Source: an uncultured bacterium
GTDB taxonomy: Bacteria > Verrucomicrobiota > Verrucomicrobiia > Limisphaerales > UBA8199
DNA length: 64,000 nt
Assembly (NCBI GenBank): GCA_963749495.1
Contig: CAVVMW010000029.1
Location: forward strand, 75,357 to 139,356
Reading direction: 5' to 3'
In this document: positions 59,782 to 64,000 of the stretch, one piece after another
How the letters are laid out: the number at the start of each line of letters is the position of its first letter
How positions within the stretch are numbered: position 1 is the stretch's first letter
The notes under the pieces: model-generated
What the model was told of the DNA's origin: nothing
The model's database searches: none
The model's input: only the letters and a program-made list of their open reading frames with translations
Translations under genes and position numbers: made by a program

Positions 59782-61278
59782 TCAGGCTCTGGCGCGTTCC
59801 TCGAGCAATCGGCCGTCGTGGCCAAAAAGCTGAACGTGGAGCCCCATCCGCCCCACCGCGTGGGTGGCGCAGGAAAGGCAGGGGTCGTAAGCGCGAATGA
59901 CCACCTCGATATGGTTGAGCAGGCCTTCGCTGATTTCAGATTTTCCCGTGAGATAATCCCTGGCGACCTTGGTGACCGCGCGATTCATCGGTTCGTTGTT
60001 ATTGGTCGTTGAAACGATGAGGTTGCACATGGTTACCTCGTCGTTCTGGTTGACGCAGTAGTGGTGAAAGAGGGTTCCGCGCGGCGCCTCCACCAGCCCG
60101 ACAGCCTCCTCGCGGCGGGGCCCATGGGAAACAAGGTCGTCCCCTTGAAGATCTTGGTCTTGGAGCAGGTCGCGAATGACCTCGATTGAGTGCAACAACT
60201 CGATGTTGCGCGCCCAGTGGTAACACATGGTCACATTGTTGGGACGGCCATGCGTGAGGGCGAGGAACTCCCGCCGCGCGGCCTCGGCCTCAGGAGTGGG
60301 AACGAACGAGCAGGTATTCAGGCGGGCGAGAGCGCCCACACGATACCAACCCTTCTCGGGCCCCAGTGACTTGAGGAAGGGGAACTTCATATATGACCAG
60401 GACCGAACCTCCTCGCCGACAACCTCGAGATAGCGCTGATAGTCCACATCGTTGACCAGCCGCTGGCCGTCTTTGTCCACCGCACGCAAGACGCCATGGT
60501 ACAGGTCCAGGGCGCCGTCTTCCTGCCGCACGAGCGACAGGTGGTTCGAATCAAATGAGCCAAAGGTCAGAAGTTCAACGAGATGGCTCATGGTAAAGTC
60601 GCGGGCGATTTTCACGGCTTTGCGCGCCCATTCCAGCATCTGCGGCACATCTTTTAGAAGCGCATCGCGCTCAGCGAGAGAGAGGTTCTTATTCACCCCA
60701 CCGGGAATGGCTCCCGTCCCGTGGATTTTCTTTCCTGCCGTTGCCTTGATGACCTCCTGCCCGAACTTTCTCATCATGATCCCCTGGATGGCCAGCTCCG
60801 GATATTTGGCGGCTACCGCAATAACGTTGCGCTGGGCGACGGGCGCCCCGAAGGCACTGGTTGCCGTGCCGTCAGTGCCGAAGAGCAGATCCGGACTGGC
60901 CAGATGGAAAAAGTGCAAGGCGTGGCTCTGCAGGATCTGACCGTAATGCATCAGGCGACGGACCTTCTCGGCGGTAGGGGTCAGTTGTTCACCGCCCACA
61001 ATGCGGTCCATGGCCTTGGCGGCGGCCAGATGGTGGCTGACCGGGCAGATGCCGCACAATCGTTGGACAATGACTGGAACTTCCCAGTAGGGTCGGCCGA
61101 GGATGAATCGCTCAAAACCGCGAAATTCCACGATGTGCAGACGCGCCTCAGTGACTTCGTTGTGGTCATCCAGGTGAATGGTCACTTTGCCGTGACCCTC
61201 GATGCGGGTCACAGGCTGGATGGTGATCTTCCGAGTCTGGCCTGGCGCAGCAGTTGCCGTGGTTGTGGTCATGGTCAA
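59782..61278 (-). CDS. hoxH: [NiFe] hydrogenase large subunit, NAD-reducing (group 3d)
   Basis: TRIEGH, RLCGICPVSH (L1), EAPRGTL, DPCLSCATH (L2). Confidence 0.95.
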   Translation of the reverse strand: MTMTTTTATAAPGQTRKITIQPVTRIEGHGKVTIHLDDHNEVTEARLHIVEFRGFERFILGRPYWEVPVIVQRLCGICPVSHHLAAAKAMDRIVGGEQLTPTAEKVRRLMHYGQILQSHALHFFHLASPDLLFGTDGTATSAFGAPVAQRNVIAVAAKYPELAIQGIMMRKFGQEVIKATAGKKIHGTGAIPGGVNKNLSLAERDALLKDVPQMLEWARKAVKIARDFTMSHLVELLTFGSFDSNHLSLVRQEDGALDLYHGVLRAVDKDGQRLVNDVDYQRYLEVVGEEVRSWSYMKFPFLKSLGPEKGWYRVGALARLNTCSFVPTPEAEAARREFLALTHGRPNNVTMCYHWARNIELLHSIEVIRDLLQDQDLQGDDLVSHGPRREEAVGLVEAPRGTLFHHYCVNQNDEVTMCNLIVSTTNNNEPMNRAVTKVARDYLTGKSEISEGLLNHIEVVIRAYDPCLSCATHAVGRMGLHVQLFGHDGRLLEERARA

Positions 61279-61285
61279 TGGCTGT

Positions 61286-61840
61286 TTAATCGTATTTCAG
61301 CCGGTCATACGCCAATGTCACCGGTTGCCGGGTCAGGAGGGCAACCACCGTGTCCCAGATGGCGTCGGCGGGCGGCGGACAGCCGGGAATGAAATAATCA
61401 ATTTTCACCACCTCATGGCATGGGTAGACCCGGTGAAGCAGAAGCGGAATTTCCGGGTCGTTGGGAATAATGCCTCCCGGATTCCATGTGCCAGGGGATT
61501 TGAGATACGCCTGTTCGAGACATTCGCTGAGAGGGATGTGGTTCCTCATCGCCGGAATGCCGCCATTGATCGAGCAATCGCCCAAAGAAACAAGCACATC
61601 ACAATGTTTGCGGAAATCCTCAAGCACATGGACGTTCTCCTCATTACAGCAGCCGCCCTCGATGATCCCGACGGCGCACCTCTCGTTAAACTCCTTGTAG
61701 TCGTTAATCGGCGAGCGAGCGAACTCAACCAGTTCAGCCAGCTTGAGAATACGCTCATCGATATCGAGCAGTGACATGTGGCAGCCGAAACAGCCGCAAA
61801 GGCTTGCTGTGGCGAGTCGAGGTTTTATCGGGCTGCTCAT
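61286..61840 (-). CDS. hoxY: Hydrogenase small subunit
   Basis: GCFGCHMS, EG, LGDC, IPGCPP. Confidence 0.93.
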   Translation of the reverse strand: MSSPIKPRLATASLCGCFGCHMSLLDIDERILKLAELVEFARSPINDYKEFNERCAVGIIEGGCCNEENVHVLEDFRKHCDVLVSLGDCSINGGIPAMRNHIPLSECLEQAYLKSPGTWNPGGIIPNDPEIPLLLHRVYPCHEVVKIDYFIPGCPPPADAIWDTVVALLTRQPVTLAYDRLKYD

Positions 61841-62548
61841 TCAGATCCTGGTTTCCGGAACGAACTCGGAGCCGATCGGTCTCCAATCGAAGGGCCGCTG
61901 GCCAATCGGCACGCCATAACCAACCCGCTTCTTCATCAACGCTCCGCACGGACAGGAGGCGGTTACCTCGTCGGTAACGGTCAGGCTGGTGGATGCCAGC
62001 GCCTCCCCATTCACCCGGAGCCGCTTCCTAAAGCCGCGGCCCACGAACTGGAACACGTTCTTGTGGTCCAGTTCCTGGGAAACGCGCACACAACGGCCAC
62101 AAAGGATACAGCGATTGTGGTCCAGATACACGTCCGGGTGTGAAAGATCGATGGCGCGGTCCGGATTCAGGAAGGGAAACTGGGGTGCCGTGATGCCGAA
62201 GCGGTAGGCCAAAGCCTGCAGTTCGCACAGGCCGCTCTTCTCACAGAACATGCAGTAATGGTTGCCCTCGACGAAGAGCATATCCAGGATAGCCTTGCGG
62301 AAGTCGCGAATCTCCGGCGTGTCATTTTCCACCACCATGCTATCGGAGATGGTCTGCGCGCAGGCCGCCTGGATCCGGCCATTCACGCGCACGGAACAGA
62401 CCCGGCAACTGCCACGCGGGATGAGATTCCTGTATGCGCAAAGCCGGGGGATATAAATACCGGCCGCTTCCGCAGCCTTGAGAATGGTCTGGCCGACCCG
62501 GCCGGTCACCATCTTGCCGTCAATCGTGAATTTGACTTCACCCGTCAT
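61841..62548 (-). CDS. hoxU: Diaphorase Fe-S subunit
   Basis: IPRLC...GSCRVC, EGNHYCMFCEKSG.CELQ, CILCGRCVR. Confidence 0.93.
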   Translation of the reverse strand: MTGEVKFTIDGKMVTGRVGQTILKAAEAAGIYIPRLCAYRNLIPRGSCRVCSVRVNGRIQAACAQTISDSMVVENDTPEIRDFRKAILDMLFVEGNHYCMFCEKSGLCELQALAYRFGITAPQFPFLNPDRAIDLSHPDVYLDHNRCILCGRCVRVSQELDHKNVFQFVGRGFRKRLRVNGEALASTSLTVTDEVTASCPCGALMKKRVGYGVPIGQRPFDWRPIGSEFVPETRI

Positions 62549-62560
62549 GAGTTCTCCCGT

Positions 62561-64000
62561 TTAGACATACTCCGACATGCGGCCGGCGCGCAGTTCGGCA
62601 TCGACCACTGCTTTGGACAGGTCGAAGGTGGAGAGCAGCCCGGATTTTCTTTCGCCCACCATGTCGGCGTAAGCGTGGAAGTTCTGGAGAGCTCCCAGCA
62701 CCGGGTTCGGTGCGGCCTGGCCGAGCCCGCACCGGCTGGTTTGCACAATAACGTTCGCTAAGCGGCGCATGTAGTCGAGGTCCGCAGGTTCGCCGGCGCC
62801 GCTGACGACTTTGTGAACAGCCTGCTTGAGCAGGACCAGCCCGACTCGGCAGGGCGTGCAATGCCCGCAGCTCTCCTCGATGAAGAAATCCAGGTAACGC
62901 TCGGCAATTTCCAGTTTGTTGCGGGCCCGGTTGAAAATGAGGATCGCACCGCCCGTTGCCAGGTTGTCGTAGCAAATCTGACCTCCGAACCGCTCCGGGC
63001 CAATCATCTGGCGGCAGGGACCGCCAATGAGCATCGCCCCCGGATTATCCGCCTCGGCTAATTCCAGCAACTCACGTGCAGTGATCCCAAAGGGGACTTC
63101 GTAAACGCCGGGCTTGCGGCAGTCCCCGCTGATAGAGAGGAGTTTAGTGCCGGTGGTCCGTTCGGAACCCATCTCAGCGAACCATTCGGCGCCTCTCTGC
63201 ATGATCCGTGCGACGGCGCTGAAGGTTTCCACGTTGTTGATGATCGTCGGGCAACCCCGGTAGCCCTTCTGCGCCGGGAAGGGAGGGCGATTTTTGGGAT
63301 CGCCGCGCAAGCCTTCGCAAGAACTGATTAGCGCGGTCTCCTCACCACAGACGTAAGCTCCGGCACCCAACTGAATGCGAATGTCGAAATCAAAACCGCT
63401 CTTGCCGAGGAGAGCCTTGCCCAGCAGCCCCCGCCGCCGGCGACCTTCCAGCACATCCTCAAGGAAGGGGCGCAGGTAAGCATATTCGCCGCGCAGACAG
63501 ACGATTCCGGTGTCACTTCCCAGCGCGTAACCGGCGACCGTCATGCCCTCGAAAACCTGGTCTGGCCGTTCGGTGAGCAGGACACGGTCTTTGAATGTTC
63601 CAGGTTCCCCTTCGTCCGCGTTGCACAGGACATATCTCTTGTCACCAGGCGCATTGCGGGCAAATTCCCACTTCTGCCCCGTCGCAAAGCGGGCACCCCC
63701 GCGCCCCCGCAACCGCGACGCCCGGATTTCAGCAATGACCGCCTCCGGCGTCAGTTGCAGTGCTTTCTGCAGCGCACTCCCGGATTCGAGGCCCTCGAAG
63801 TGAACCGGACCCCGGCGGCGGATATTGTTGCGCACCATGGCGTGGACCAGAGGATGCGCGTTGTTGCCATCACCAACCATGGTAATGAGTGCGGCGGGTC
63901 AAGGTGACGCCGCAGATCACGGACGACCTGGCGCGCACGCTCGGGAGTAAGGTTGAGGATCACTACATTGTGATGAGCGCGGCCGGAGCCTGGTCGCTCA
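62561..64000 (-). CDS. hoxF: Diaphorase flavoprotein subunit; 5' partial, frameshifts near 63885 and 63970
   Basis: LRGRGG, CNADEGEPGTFKDR, GAGAYVCGEETAL, ESCGHCTPCR. Confidence 0.93.

Overview
GC-rich bacterial window. The gene content suggests Verrucomicrobiota (Pedosphaerales-like): prepilin/H-X9-DG proteins, Ig-repeat surface proteins, and a LeuB with the EPAGG motif. Housekeeping and metabolic blocks are an aldo/keto reductase, a leuB-like gene, sugar oxidoreductases with a class III aminotransferase, truB-ribF, blaI-blaR1-like genes, an ASKHA protein, feoA, hemE-hemN-hemG-hemH and the hoxFUYH NAD-reducing hydrogenase. These are interleaved with a dense, nested mobilome. The main items are: (1) two near-identical 799-nt ORF-less group II introns inserted at the same position of a 9-nt-periodic repeat, with empty sites in the same window; (2) a transposase-less TIR element with a 9-bp target duplication whose three deleted copies together reconstruct a GxxExxY nuclease gene bracketed by those repeats; (3) many internally deleted Y1/RAYT-like elements with GGGGTCA ends, including a 1.95-kb direct repeat that brackets a restriction-modification cassette; (4) a DUF4338(DruA-like)-ISAs1 element with a 10-bp TSD; (5) an integrase + IS91-type element that splits a REP; (6) a bipartite MULE-like transposase with a slippery site. 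Many conserved genes carry single-base frameshifts, which probably reflects uncorrected long-read indel errors. All family assignments come from motif recognition by eye, not from database searches.
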